DNA of 64,000 bases, taken from Gammaproteobacteria bacterium (GTDB taxonomy: Bacteria; Pseudomonadota; Gammaproteobacteria; Eutrophobiales; Eutrophobiaceae). Under the pieces are notes generated by a model. That model saw only the letters and a program-made list of their open reading frames with translations, did no database searches and was not told the origin of the DNA. This document shows, piece after piece, positions 1-10,792 of this stretch; position 1 is the stretch's first letter, and each line of letters starts with the position of its first letter. The position numbers and the translations under genes were made by a program. The DNA lies in the NCBI GenBank assembly GCA_965238225.1, contig OZ250183.1, positions 576,001 through 640,000 on the forward strand, read 5' to 3'.

Positions 1-24
1 AACAATGACATCATAATTTTTCAT
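1..24 (-). CDS. lpdA: Dihydrolipoyl dehydrogenase, 5' end only (runs off the window)
   Basis: Reverse complement from ATG at 24 reads MKNYDVIV, the strand preceding the GxGxxG FAD motif. It lies directly downstream of sucB, as in sucAB-lpdA operons. Only 8 codons are visible. Confidence 0.7.
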
Positions 25-68
25 TAACTTATTTTTTTATTCTTTAAAAAAATTTATATTTGAGTAAA

Positions 69-1487
69 CTAAATTTGTAATAAGAGTCTTGAGGGATCTT
101 CTATTTGTTCTTTAACCGAGACAAGAAATTGCACGGCTTGACTCCCGTCAATTATTCGATGGTCATAAGACAGTGCCAGATACATCATAGGTCGAATTAC
201 GATTTCTTTATTTTCTACGATTGGACGTTCCTGTATTTTATGCATGCCAAGAATAGCACTTTGCGGTGGATTTACTATTGGCGTAGAGAGCAAGGATCCG
301 AAGATACCGCCATTGGTAATGGTAAAGGTGCCGCCAGTGAGATCTTCAATGGCTAATTTACTATCGCGAGCCTTTTGTCCAAGTTCTGCAATTTTAGATT
401 CGATACCAGCAAACGAAAGTGTATCTGAATTTCTCAGAACAGGTACTGTCAATCCACGCTCAGAGCTGACCGCGATGCCTATATCAAAATATTCACGATA
501 AATAATATCTTCGCCTTCTATAGAAGCATTAATGATAGGAAATTTTTTTAACGCTGCAACCGTTGCCCGGGTAAAAAAAGACATGAAGCCTAATTTAACA
601 TTGTGGGCTTTCTTAAATTCATCTTTATAGCGATTGCGCAAATCAATGACAGGCTGCATATTTACTTCATTAAATGTCGTTAAGAGGGCATTTTCATGTT
701 GTGCAGCCAGTAGCCTTTGAGCAACACGTTTGCGTAATCGTGTCATGGGTACGCGTTTTTGCGGGCGTTGTTCCTTGTCTATATTTGTTACAGATTTTGT
801 AGCTTTCTGTGTTTTTCTTTCTATTTCAATGTTTTCTGAGACTATATTTTTTGACGCGACACCTTCTTGAGCTTTGGTTTTTGAATCTTTAATTTTTGAA
901 GCGGCGACAGGGTCGACAGGATTTATTTGGACATCCTTGTTAAGCGTAGACTCTAGGTGATTAAGAACATCTTCTTTGGCAACCCTGTTCGGGCGTTCGC
1001 GTGTCTCGATATCAGTAGCTTGAAGTTTATTTTTTGACAATAAATTTCGAACAGCGGGACTTAATTTAGGTGCATCTTCAACTGGACTGGAAACAATTTT
1101 CTCTCTTGGTTCTGTTGCAGGTTTGCTTTCAGGTTTTGGTTCTGGATTTAGGGTAGGTTTAGGATCCAACAGCGTTTGTTGTTGAGGTGTATTTGCTTTA
1201 GGTTTTTTTTCTTTGTTAGCCTTAACAGGTTCTGTAACTGTAATTTTTTTGTCTGTATCAATTTTTGCAATCACTTCATCACTTTTGACGTCTTCTCCGT
1301 CATGTCTTAAAATTTCGATCAAAATACCATCGTTCGGCGCGGCGACTTCTAGCGTGACTTTGTCCGTTTCGATATCAATCAGGTTTTCACCACGTTTAAC
1401 GTGGTCGCCTATTTTTTTATACCATTGAAGCAAGTTTGCCTCAGCGACGGATTCTGCAAGAACAGGAACTTTTACTTCAATAGTCAC
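69..1487 (-). CDS. sucB: 2-oxoglutarate dehydrogenase E2, dihydrolipoyllysine succinyltransferase
   Basis: Lipoyl motif IETDKV, E3-binding LSPAVR, catalytic [10 protein letters not shown]; downstream of sucA. Confidence 0.97.
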   Translation of the reverse strand: MTIEVKVPVLAESVAEANLLQWYKKIGDHVKRGENLIDIETDKVTLEVAAPNDGILIEILRHDGEDVKSDEVIAKIDTDKKITVTEPVKANKEKKPKANTPQQQTLLDPKPTLNPEPKPESKPATEPREKIVSSPVEDAPKLSPAVRNLLSKNKLQATDIETRERPNRVAKEDVLNHLESTLNKDVQINPVDPVAASKIKDSKTKAQEGVASKNIVSENIEIERKTQKATKSVTNIDKEQRPQKRVPMTRLRKRVAQRLLAAQHENALLTTFNEVNMQPVIDLRNRYKDEFKKAHNVKLGFMSFFTRATVAALKKFPIINASIEGEDIIYREYFDIGIAVSSERGLTVPVLRNSDTLSFAGIESKIAELGQKARDSKLAIEDLTGGTFTITNGGIFGSLLSTPIVNPPQSAILGMHKIQERPIVENKEIVIRPMMYLALSYDHRIIDGSQAVQFLVSVKEQIEDPSRLLLQI

Positions 1488-1578
1488 AGCGCTTTCCTTG
1501 AGTGGGGGTTCATTAGGTAAGTATAAAACTCAAAGTAAATCATGTAAAAATATCAATTGCTATATCTTTTGACATAGA

Positions 1579-4431
1579 CTAAGCCATGGTAGCTTTATTT
1601 TCGTGCACGACTTCAAGTTTATCCATATCCAGTGCGCGAGCCACAAGTTGCTTTTGTTGTTCTAGATGTTTAGACATATAACCTACAGCAGGCGATGCCG
1701 AATGGCTTCGCCCAGCATAACCTAAGGCATGATGGCCATCAATGCACCCAATCAGCGTGTTATGCGACTGAACATAATTCCAGCTGCCCTGATTTTTAGG
1801 CTCTTCCTGTACCCAGACGATTTCTTTTAAATTCGGATATTTTCTTATGATTGCTTTTACTTCAGTTTTTGGGAACGGGAATAACTGTTCTATACGCGTA
1901 ATAGCGATATTTTTTATTTCATTATTACGGCGCTCTTCTGCCAAATCATAATATATTTTTCCTGTGCAAAATAACAGGCGGGTAACTGCCGCAGGCTCCA
2001 TTTTGCCAGTCTCGCCTATGACTGTCTGAAATCTACCTTGTGTCAGTTTTTCTATAGGCGAGGCAGAGAGTCTGTTACGCAATAAACTTTTAGGACTCAT
2101 AACAATCAACGGTTTTCTATAAGGCCGCAACATTTGACGACGTAACATATGAAACATTTGCGCAGCAGTGCTGGGGATGCAAATTTGCATATTTTCCTCT
2201 GCGCAAAGTTGCAAAAAACGCTCCAATCTTGCTGAGGAATGTTCTGGGCCTTGGCCATCGTAACCATGGGGCAACAAACAGACGAGTCCACAATATCTCC
2301 CCCATTTTGCTTCGCAGGAGCTGATGAATTGATCAAAAACAATCTGCGCACCATTGGCAAAGTCACCAAATTGCGCTTCCCAGATGACCAGAGTTTTTGG
2401 ATCAGAACAGCTGTATCCATATTCATAAGCTAGCACAGCCTCTTCAGAAAGTATTGAATTTATGATGAGAAAGTTGGCCTGATTTTCACTGAGATGCTGC
2501 AGTGGCAGCCATGTAGCACCATCTTTCTGGTTATGGACGACTGCATGACGATGAAAAAAAGTGCCGCGGCTACTATCTTGCCCTGATATTCTTACCGAGT
2601 AACCAGACTCAAGCAGACCAGCGTAAGCCATGGTTTCAGCAAAGCCCCAGTCTACAGGTAACTCACCTTTACCCATTTTAATTCTGTTATCAATAATTTT
2701 TTGAACACTTTTATGTAATTCATAATCATTAGGGATAGTTGTAATTTTGTCTGTTAATTGTCTGATAGTTTCCTTGTTCATTGACGTATCAACAGGTGTA
2801 TCCCAAGCAACACCAATATAGGGGGAAAAGTCTATTTGAAATTTTGTATCAATATTTTGAGCATGTTTGCCTGAAACCCTTTCATTGTTATCAAGCGATT
2901 TAATGTAGCGATTTATTATTTTATTGATTACATCATCATCCACTACGCCTTCAGCGATTAGTTTGTCTGCATACAGATTCTTAACGTTTGGATGGTGACG
3001 TATGCGTTGGTACATTATAGGTTGTGTTGCTGATGGCTCATCGGTTTCACTATGACCTTGTTTTCGATAACAGATCATATCGATAACAACATCCTTATTG
3101 AATTCCATTCTATAATCGAGAGCCAGTTGCGCAATGAATGCCACGGCTTCCGGATCATCACCATTTACATGAAAAATAGGAGCCTGCACCATTTTTGCAA
3201 CATCAGTGCAATAAAGTGTTGATCTCGAATCAAGCGGATCGCTGGTGGTAAAGCCAATTTGGTTATTGATAATGATATGTACAGTACCCCCCGTTGCGTA
3301 GCCACGGGTCTGGGAAAGATTAAATGTTTCCATAACAACGCCTTGACCAGAAAATGCTGCGTCACCATGAATGATGATAGGAAGCACTTCCTTTCTTGCA
3401 AAATCTTTTCGTCTTTCTTGGCGTGCACGAACGGATCCTTCAACCACAGGAGCAATGATCTCAAGGTGAGAGGGGTTGAATGATAAGGTTAGATGTACAT
3501 TTCCTTTGGGTGTTTCGATATCAGACGAATAGCCTAGATGATATTTCACGTCTCCTGTTCCAATATCACGAACGTTTTTACCTTCAAATTCTTCAAATAA
3601 TTCTTTGGGATTCTTGCCAATATTATTAACCAACACATTCAAGCGCCCTCTATGCGTCATGCCAATAACAATTTCCTTAATACCAGCAATGCCTCCAGAC
3701 TGAACCAGAATATCTAGCATTGGATTGAGGCTTTCACCACCTTCTAGCGAGAAACGTTTTTGACCTACATATTTGGTATGTAAGTATTCTTCAAGCACAC
3801 TGGCAGTAATCACTCGTTCCAAAATACGTATTTTTTGACGCTTTTCGAAATTTGGAGCAGCGCAGCAGGGTTCAAGGCGTTCCTGTACCCAACGCTTGAT
3901 TTCAGTTTCATTAATGTGCATATATTCCACACCTATGGACTGGCAATAAGTGGTTTGAATAATTTTAATGATCTCACGAAGCGGGATATCATGCCCGCTA
4001 TAAAGTGCGCCAGTACTAAATACGGTGTCCATATCTGCTTCTGTTAATTCATGGTAAGCCAGATCAAGTTCTGGGATATTGGGTCTTTCGTATTGCCTTA
4101 ATGGATCAAGATTGGCCTGTCGGTGACCCCGAAAACGGTAAGCATTGACGAGGTGAAACACAGCAACCTGTTTTTGATGTGCAAGTACATCAGCACTTAT
4201 GCTACTTACAGTCTTGCCCCGTCCTTTTTGTTGCGCTGCTTCCAGACCAGCCTTTTGCATAGAAGAATGTGAGACATCTTGATGAGCGCTGGGGTTTTTA
4301 GGTTGTAAAGTCTTGAAATAAAGCTGCCAGTCCTTACTGACACTTTCTGGATCTTCAAGGTAAGCCTCATACAATCTTTCCACATACCATGCGTTGCCAC
4401 TGTATAGAACTGAAGACACTGGCTCATTCAT
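1579..4431 (-). CDS. sucA: 2-oxoglutarate dehydrogenase E1
   Basis: GQKRFSLEGGE, HGDAAFSGQG (TPP motif), WEAQFGDFANGAQ, GPEHSSARLERFLQ. Confidence 0.98.
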   Translation of the reverse strand: MNEPVSSVLYSGNAWYVERLYEAYLEDPESVSKDWQLYFKTLQPKNPSAHQDVSHSSMQKAGLEAAQQKGRGKTVSSISADVLAHQKQVAVFHLVNAYRFRGHRQANLDPLRQYERPNIPELDLAYHELTEADMDTVFSTGALYSGHDIPLREIIKIIQTTYCQSIGVEYMHINETEIKRWVQERLEPCCAAPNFEKRQKIRILERVITASVLEEYLHTKYVGQKRFSLEGGESLNPMLDILVQSGGIAGIKEIVIGMTHRGRLNVLVNNIGKNPKELFEEFEGKNVRDIGTGDVKYHLGYSSDIETPKGNVHLTLSFNPSHLEIIAPVVEGSVRARQERRKDFARKEVLPIIIHGDAAFSGQGVVMETFNLSQTRGYATGGTVHIIINNQIGFTTSDPLDSRSTLYCTDVAKMVQAPIFHVNGDDPEAVAFIAQLALDYRMEFNKDVVIDMICYRKQGHSETDEPSATQPIMYQRIRHHPNVKNLYADKLIAEGVVDDDVINKIINRYIKSLDNNERVSGKHAQNIDTKFQIDFSPYIGVAWDTPVDTSMNKETIRQLTDKITTIPNDYELHKSVQKIIDNRIKMGKGELPVDWGFAETMAYAGLLESGYSVRISGQDSSRGTFFHRHAVVHNQKDGATWLPLQHLSENQANFLIINSILSEEAVLAYEYGYSCSDPKTLVIWEAQFGDFANGAQIVFDQFISSCEAKWGRYCGLVCLLPHGYDGQGPEHSSARLERFLQLCAEENMQICIPSTAAQMFHMLRRQMLRPYRKPLIVMSPKSLLRNRLSASPIEKLTQGRFQTVIGETGKMEPAAVTRLLFCTGKIYYDLAEERRNNEIKNIAITRIEQLFPFPKTEVKAIIRKYPNLKEIVWVQEEPKNQGSWNYVQSHNTLIGCIDGHHALGYAGRSHSASPAVGYMSKHLEQQKQLVARALDMDKLEVVHENKATMA

Positions 4432-4721
4432 AAGTGATCATTAAAGCGTGCCAAGACTTGTCATACCTGTTGTTTAAAGTGCCACAAAAGAGAGAAAAAA
4501 TAATTATAAATAATACTGCTATTACAACTTTATGGCAGTCGTTGGTATTGTTTATAATTATTTTTTTATCAAAAAAACACTGACAAGTTTATGATAAATT
4601 AGTGATTTTGTCATATAAAAACTAATCAATTGGGCTTTGCCCGCTTATGATAGCAATAAAATTGCTGCAATGCCATATTATAGGGTATGCTTAATGAGCA
4701 ATTTTTTGGAGGAGGTTTGTA

Positions 4722-6014
4722 ATGTCTCATACGGTGACTATTACTGACAACAAGACCGGCAAACAAATAGAGTGTTCAGTGCACGATGGAACCTATGGCA
4801 ATCCGGTGATAGATGTCAGTTCATTAAATAAAGAACTCGATATGTTCACCATTGACCCTGGTTTTGGCATCACTGCCTCCTGCCGAAGTGCTATCACCTA
4901 TCTTGATGGTGAAAAAGGTGTGCTTTTGCATCGCGGGTATCCCATTGAGCAATTAGCCAAGCACAGCACTTATCCTGAGGTTTGTTATTTATTGCTCTAT
5001 GGAGAGTTGCCAACGGCGACTGAGTTTGAGCAGTTTCAGGTGGAATTGCATTCACATAATATGGTGCACGAGCATCTAGAGCGTTTTTATAGTGGCTACC
5101 ATTATGATGCCCATCCTATGTCCATGTTAATCGGTGTTACCGGAGCGCTTTCTTCCTATTACCATGAAGCAATGGATCTCGAGGATCCTGAAGACCGTGA
5201 TTTAACTGCCAAGCGAATCATCGCAAAGATGCCTATTCTAGCGGCACATTGCTATAAACACTCAGTGGGACACCCGTTTGTTTATTCACGTGATGATTTA
5301 GGTTATGTCGAGAATTTCCTGAACATGATGTTTTCCGTGCCGATGCGCGATTATGATTCAGATCCTGTTGCTGTTAAGGCGCTTGACTTGATGCTAATTC
5401 TGCATGCCGATCATGAGCAGAACGCATCAACTTCAACAGTTCGCTTAGCAGGCAGTGCAGAAACTAACCCATTTGCCTGTATTACTGCAGGTATTGCGAC
5501 CTTATGGGGTTGTGCCCATGGTGGTGCTAATGAGGCTGTTCTGAGGATGTTAAATGAAATAGGCGATGCTAAGAATATTCCTAAATTTATTGTGCGCGCA
5601 AAAGATAAAGAAGACTCTTTTCGCCTTATGGGGTTTGGTCATCGTGTTTATAAAAATTTTGATCCAAGAGCGACCATTATTCGCGAGGCATGTCATAATC
5701 TGCTTGGCAAAATTGATACCGTTGATCAACCTTTACTGGACATTGCAATGAAACTGGAAGAAATCGCCCTGAAGGACGAATATTTTATTGAGCGCAAGTT
5801 ATATCCTAATGTAGATTTTTACAGTGGTATCATCCTGAGGGCTTTGGGCATTCCAACAAGCATGTATACGGTCGTGTTTTCTCTGGCTCGTTCAGTTGGT
5901 TGGATATCTCAGTGGCTGGAATTGATGGAAGATCAGAACCGCAGGATTAGCCGTCCCCGCCAGCTTTATGTTGGCTCTAAAAAACGTGATTATCTACCAA
6001 TGGACAAGCGCTAG
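4722..6014 (+). CDS. gltA: Citrate synthase (type II)
   Basis: [36 protein letters not shown]; strong RBS GGAGGAGG upstream. Confidence 0.98.
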   Translation: MSHTVTITDNKTGKQIECSVHDGTYGNPVIDVSSLNKELDMFTIDPGFGITASCRSAITYLDGEKGVLLHRGYPIEQLAKHSTYPEVCYLLLYGELPTATEFEQFQVELHSHNMVHEHLERFYSGYHYDAHPMSMLIGVTGALSSYYHEAMDLEDPEDRDLTAKRIIAKMPILAAHCYKHSVGHPFVYSRDDLGYVENFLNMMFSVPMRDYDSDPVAVKALDLMLILHADHEQNASTSTVRLAGSAETNPFACITAGIATLWGCAHGGANEAVLRMLNEIGDAKNIPKFIVRAKDKEDSFRLMGFGHRVYKNFDPRATIIREACHNLLGKIDTVDQPLLDIAMKLEEIALKDEYFIERKLYPNVDFYSGIILRALGIPTSMYTVVFSLARSVGWISQWLELMEDQNRRISRPRQLYVGSKKRDYLPMDKR

Positions 6015-6066
6015 AAGAAAGGATTTTTTTCATAACATCATTAAAAAAAGAGGAAGATTGTTCAAG

Positions 6067-7041
6067 ATGAAGTCCCCAGTCCGAGTTGCAATAACGGGAG
6101 CAGCAGGTCAGATATGCTACTCATTGCTATTTAGAATCGCTGCTGGCGAGATGTTGGGTAAGGATCAGCCTGTAATTTTTCAGCTACTAGAAATTACCCC
6201 CGCAATGAAGGCTCTACAGGGTGTGGCCATGGAAATTGATGACTGTGCTTTTCCATTGGTAGCCGGTTTTGTTTTAACTGATGATGGTAATATCGCATTC
6301 AAGGATGTGGATTATGCGTTATTAGTTGGCGCAAAACCGCGTGTTGCCGGTATGGAGCGCAGTGATCTGCTTGAAGTAAATGGCGGTATTTTTAAGCTTC
6401 AAGGGAAGGCTCTAAATGACAATGCCAGTCCTGATGTCAAGGTGGTGGTGGTGGGCAATCCCGCCAACACGAATGCCAATACGGCAATGATTAATGCACC
6501 AGATCTTAAACCTGAAAGCTTTACAGCCTTAATGCGTTTGGATCACAATCGTGCCTTAGCGCAATTGGCTGCCAAGACAAATGCAGATGTTAGTGATATA
6601 AAAAAGATGACTGTTTGGGGGAATCATTCGACCACACAGTATCCCGATCTGAGTTATACGACTGTAGGTGGCAAGCCTGCGCATGATTTGGTAGATAGAA
6701 GCTGGTACGAGAATGATTACATTCCAAGGGTTGCCAAACGCGGTGCCGAGATTATTGATGCGCGTGGCGCCTCTAGTGCGGCATCTGCTGCCAATGGCGC
6801 CATTAACCATATTCATGACTGGGTTTTAGGGACAGCGGATGGTGACTGGGTTAGCATGGCAGTACCCAGTGATGGCAGTTATGATATTCCAAAAGGCTTG
6901 ACTTATTCATTTCCAGTGACCTGTAGTAATGGTCAATATTCAATTGTTCAGGGTTTAGAGATTGATGATTTTAGTCAGAAGAGGATGGAGATTACACAGA
7001 AGGAATTGGAGGAGGAGCGGGACGCAGTAGCTAAAATTTAG
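6067..7041 (+). CDS. mdh: Malate dehydrogenase (MDH type 2)
   Basis: [37 protein letters not shown]. Start moved to ATG 6067 because the ORF-track extension overlaps gltA. Confidence 0.96.
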   Translation: MKSPVRVAITGAAGQICYSLLFRIAAGEMLGKDQPVIFQLLEITPAMKALQGVAMEIDDCAFPLVAGFVLTDDGNIAFKDVDYALLVGAKPRVAGMERSDLLEVNGGIFKLQGKALNDNASPDVKVVVVGNPANTNANTAMINAPDLKPESFTALMRLDHNRALAQLAAKTNADVSDIKKMTVWGNHSTTQYPDLSYTTVGGKPAHDLVDRSWYENDYIPRVAKRGAEIIDARGASSAASAANGAINHIHDWVLGTADGDWVSMAVPSDGSYDIPKGLTYSFPVTCSNGQYSIVQGLEIDDFSQKRMEITQKELEEERDAVAKI

Positions 7042-7138
7042 CTTTTGTGCCAAGGATGCGACCATCGTCACGATGGCATGGGTGTCATTGAGCGAGGTCT
7101 TGATTTCAATTCGGTATAAAATCTATTAACGATGCTAT

Positions 7139-7166
7139 CGTCATTTCTGCGCAGGCAGGAATGACG
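7139..7166. repeat. REP/dRS3-like palindromic element
   Basis: CGTCATTTCTGC-GCAG-GCAGGAATGACG: 12-bp stem with one G:T pair and a 4-nt loop. Resembles GTCATTCCCGCGxAGGCGGGAAT-type short repeats. Confidence 0.6.
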
Positions 7167-7461
7167 GCTGTATGGATGCTAGGAAGAGCACGCCTCGTAA
7201 GACAAGGCTTGAGTCAATTTTAGGTGACTTTAAATTCCTTTTTTGCAATTATCGAGTAGCGGATTTCAAACTGCTGAAGATAGCTGCAATTGTTTCTATA
7301 TTGGGCATAAAATCTCTTGTGTAGCATCTCTTTATGAATCACTACATTTTAAGGAATAGTCTACCTGATAACACCATTATTGATGCTAGAAGATGTTAGT
7401 GACAAATCCTTTTTTATTCATTTGTCAGATGCACTTAAGTAAGTCCTTCTACCAAGAGCGT

Positions 7462-8115
7462 CTATCTCAGACTGATTATCGGCCAATTTCGTCGTTTAGC
7501 TTCAGTCCTCAAAGTATCATCCGGATCAACTGCAATTGGACGGGTGACCTTGTCTAATAAGGGGATGTCATTGTGTGAGTCGCTGTAGAACCAGCTGATT
7601 GTAGCTTCGATATTATTTTCCTGTAACCATTGTTCATAGCGGATGACTTTGCCTTCGGCAAAGGAGGGGGTGGCGCTTAATTTGCCAGTATATTGGCCAT
7701 TGTTTAACTCAGGTTCTGATGCTATCAGGTAATTTATGTTAAATAATTTTGCAATAGGGGCAGTGATAAAACTATTGGCAGCAGTAATGATCATTAATTT
7801 ATGTCCTCTGTTACGGTGGTTCTCAATTAGATCGATTGCTTTGGGCAGTATGGCAGGTTTAATTTTTTCTTCGAGGAATCTTGTGCGCCAAGCGAGTATT
7901 GTTTTCATGTCGTTTTCAAGCAGTGGGCGAAATTGAAATTCTAGGAATTCATTTATATTCAGTTTGCCTTTTAGGTAATCATCGTAGTAACGATCATTTT
8001 TGTTGTTGTGTTTTTCTTTATCTACGTAGCCGTTTTCGCCAAGAAATTGCCCCCAGAGATAATCGCTATCGCCAGCCAATAAGGTATTGTCCAAATCAAA
8101 TATCGCTAATTCCAA
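7462..8115 (-). CDS. HAD-IB family phosphatase (SerB-like; possible histidinol-phosphatase)
   Basis: FDLDNTLLAGDSD motif I, FYSDSHNDIPLL motif IV, AVDPD; divergent from rppH as in many gammaproteobacteria. Confidence 0.88.
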   Translation of the reverse strand: MELAIFDLDNTLLAGDSDYLWGQFLGENGYVDKEKHNNKNDRYYDDYLKGKLNINEFLEFQFRPLLENDMKTILAWRTRFLEEKIKPAILPKAIDLIENHRNRGHKLMIITAANSFITAPIAKLFNINYLIASEPELNNGQYTGKLSATPSFAEGKVIRYEQWLQENNIEATISWFYSDSHNDIPLLDKVTRPIAVDPDDTLRTEAKRRNWPIISLR

Positions 8116-8304
8116 GTCAATAACGCTCTGTTAGTGTTAATAAATATTACAGGCAGTTTATACCCAAATCAGGCAAACTCTAAAAACTATATTTTAGGCG
8201 GTTTGGGTGTAGGCTCTGTGCCTATGAAGTTAAAATATTCAGCTAAAATTTGCGGCAATGGTGCCTGTGTGGAAGAATTAGCACATAATACTTGAGGTAT
8301 GGTT

Positions 8305-8778
8305 ATGATTGATTCGGAAGGGTTTAGGGACAATGTAGGCATTGTTTTGAGCAATGATGGGGGGCAGGTATTTTGGGCCAAGCGTATCGGACAGGATGCA
8401 TGGCAATTCCCGCAAGGCGGCATCAAGGCGGACGAAAGTGCAGAAGTCGCTATGTACAGAGAGTTAAGGGAAGAGGTTGGCCTGCTGTCAGAGCATGTAG
8501 AGATTGTTGTTTGTACCAATGATTGGTTGAAATACTGGTTGCCGGAAAAATTTATCCGATATGACTCTTTGCCTTTGTGTGTCGGTCAGAAACAAATATG
8601 GTATTTATTAAAACTGGTAGTAGACGAGGCAAATATTAATCTGGCGCACTCAAAGAAACCAGAGTTCGATCATTGGGAATGGATAGATTACTGGACACCT
8701 GTCAGAAAAGTTGTCGATTTCAAAAGAAACGTCTATCAACAGGCGCTCAATGAATTTTCGTCTTTTTTATTTCCCTAA
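8305..8778 (+). CDS. rppH: RNA pyrophosphohydrolase
   Basis: MIDSEGFR, WQFPQGGI, Nudix box RELREEVG, GQKQIW, KPEFD. RBS GAGGT sits 6 nt before ATG 8305. Confidence 0.96.
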   Translation: MIDSEGFRDNVGIVLSNDGGQVFWAKRIGQDAWQFPQGGIKADESAEVAMYRELREEVGLLSEHVEIVVCTNDWLKYWLPEKFIRYDSLPLCVGQKQIWYLLKLVVDEANINLAHSKKPEFDHWEWIDYWTPVRKVVDFKRNVYQQALNEFSSFLFP

Positions 8779-9204
8779 ATTAATAAGCCCAGCGTTATTT
8801 TTTGTTTTGTTGACATCATAAACATAATTTCTGGCATGACTCGCCGTGCAGATTTTCCATTTAGTTTTTTTATATAGCCTTTCTTGAAGCTTGGCAGAAA
8901 TCTCTTTTCAGTAAACCAGTCATTCAATTTCTCTAGCTTCACGGAACATTTTTTCATAGCAACATCGACTACATGCCGAGGATCATTATAGTTAGCCACT
9001 TCAGCGCGAGAAGTGTCTGTCAAACATTTATTATAAGCGCTGCTAAACTCTAACATCGTACTGTTAATGTTCTTTAGTGACATCACTTTGCAATATGTGT
9101 TCAGATTCCGAACTCATTTCTGGGCTGCTGTCTGCTGCTGCTTAGGCGATACACATAAAGCTTGTAATTAATAATAATACAAGTTTTATAATTTGGTTCT
9201 TCAT
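8775..9204 (-). pseudogene. Disrupted gene for an exported hypothetical protein
   Basis: ATG at 9204 gives signal-peptide-like MKNQIIKLVLLLITSFMCIA, then an in-frame TAA (9144-9142), then AAADSSPEMSSESEHILQSDVTKE, then a frameshift near 9070 into the 103-aa ORF (8775..9086). Confidence 0.65.
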
Positions 9205-9539
9205 TCGCGTATTAACAAAACTTAGTCTTTAAAATCCTAGTCCTGAAAATCCTTTATGTTTGTTTTATTATTCCAACTCCGCTGCTTTGGATTATAGGAT
9301 TTTATACTGGAGCGGTCTATGAGAACATGTAAGAATAAAGTAATAAGATTAATGTACTTAAATTATGATGAATTATTTCGGATCGGGATGTATGTCGCAT
9401 TTTCGAGCATCGCGTTTTTTAGACTGATAGAACCTAATAGGGCAAGCCTACTGACAGCATTATTTGTTGACTTATTTGGAGATTTTATACGAAAAACGGA
9501 TGTCAAAGCAGAAACTTAAACACAATAAATGAATTTCTT

Positions 9540-10616
9540 ATGAAACTATTTTCTGGAAATATACCGTTAGGATCCGTCATGATGGATCTACGTGGAACTA
9601 CGCTTGCAGATGATGAAAAAGCACTATTGCTGCACCCTTTGGTCGGTGGTGTTATTTATTTTTCTCGTAATTACGAATCACCAGAGCAAATAGCCCTACT
9701 TTCAAAAGAGATTCATAGTTTACGCGAACCTCGCTTATTAATCGCAGTTGATCATGAAGGCGGACGGGTACAAAGATTTCAAGATGGCTTTACAAGATTA
9801 CCTGCCTTACAGTTGATTGGAGAACGCTACGATAAAGATAAACAGGCAGGATTAAGGCTTGCCGAAAAAGTCGGGTGGTTGATGGCGATTGAGCTTCGGG
9901 CTGTGGATATTGACTTTAGTTTTGCCCCTGTGCTGGATATTTGTAAAGGGGTCAGTCAAGTGATTGGTGATCGGTCGTTCCATAGGGATCCAGAATGTGT
10001 TGCTGAATTATCCAAGGCCTATATGCATGGTATGCGTCACGCTGGAATGGCTGCAGTTGGGAAACATTTCCCTGGGCATGGATCAGTGAAGGAAGATTCG
10101 CATCTTGCAATACCTTTTGATGGGAGAAGATTTGAAGATATTCAGATGGATGATATGGTGCCGTTTGAACAATTAATTCATGCAGGTCTTAAAGCGATTA
10201 TGCCTGCACATGTCATTTATTCTGAAGTAGATGATAAGCCTGCTGGGTTTTCATCTGTTTGGTTAGGCAATATCTTGCGCGAGCAACTGAAATTTCAGGG
10301 GGTTATTTTTAGTGATGATATAAATATGGCAGGTGCAAAAGCCGTTGGCGATTATATAACCCGCGCACATTGTGCATTAGAAGCAGGTTGCGACATGGTG
10401 CTTATGTGTAATAATCAGTCGGCAGCTATTGAAGTGCTGAATAAGCTTAAAAAAGAACCAGATCCAGCATCACAAGGTCGGTTAGTAAGTATGCATGGGA
10501 AAAACGAATTTGATTCTACGGAATTGAAAAATGATGAAGCGTGGCAAGCTGTCTCAGGTGAAATTTCCGATATTGTTGTTGAGCATGAGTTGGTGCTAGG
10601 TGATGATGCGATATAG
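9540..10616 (+). CDS. nagZ: Beta-N-acetylhexosaminidase (GH3)
   Basis: VDHEGGRVQR, FAPVLD, KHFPGHG..DSH, FSDD, AGCD. Confidence 0.96.
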   Translation: MKLFSGNIPLGSVMMDLRGTTLADDEKALLLHPLVGGVIYFSRNYESPEQIALLSKEIHSLREPRLLIAVDHEGGRVQRFQDGFTRLPALQLIGERYDKDKQAGLRLAEKVGWLMAIELRAVDIDFSFAPVLDICKGVSQVIGDRSFHRDPECVAELSKAYMHGMRHAGMAAVGKHFPGHGSVKEDSHLAIPFDGRRFEDIQMDDMVPFEQLIHAGLKAIMPAHVIYSEVDDKPAGFSSVWLGNILREQLKFQGVIFSDDINMAGAKAVGDYITRAHCALEAGCDMVLMCNNQSAAIEVLNKLKKEPDPASQGRLVSMHGKNEFDSTELKNDEAWQAVSGEISDIVVEHELVLGDDAI

Positions 10617-10792
10617 ACACAGAAAAATACTCCTGCTGTTTGTAAGCATTTTCTCGTATCGCGTTTGAGCTTGATAATTGCCATTGGGCAGTAATAGCAT
10701 TATAGAAAATTTTAAGCCAACAAAGATTTTAAAATAACTAGTGATTGTACAATAACCGAAATTTATTGATCATGATATAAGGTCTGGTATTT

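Noticed and set aside
5968-6066. N-terminal extension of Mdh in the ORF track
   Set aside because: Overlaps gltA; family similarity starts at MKSPVRV (6067).
10617-10792. Remnants of hpt/mtaP after nagZ (AFELDNCHWAVIA)
   Set aside because: The similarity is too short to distinguish from chance.
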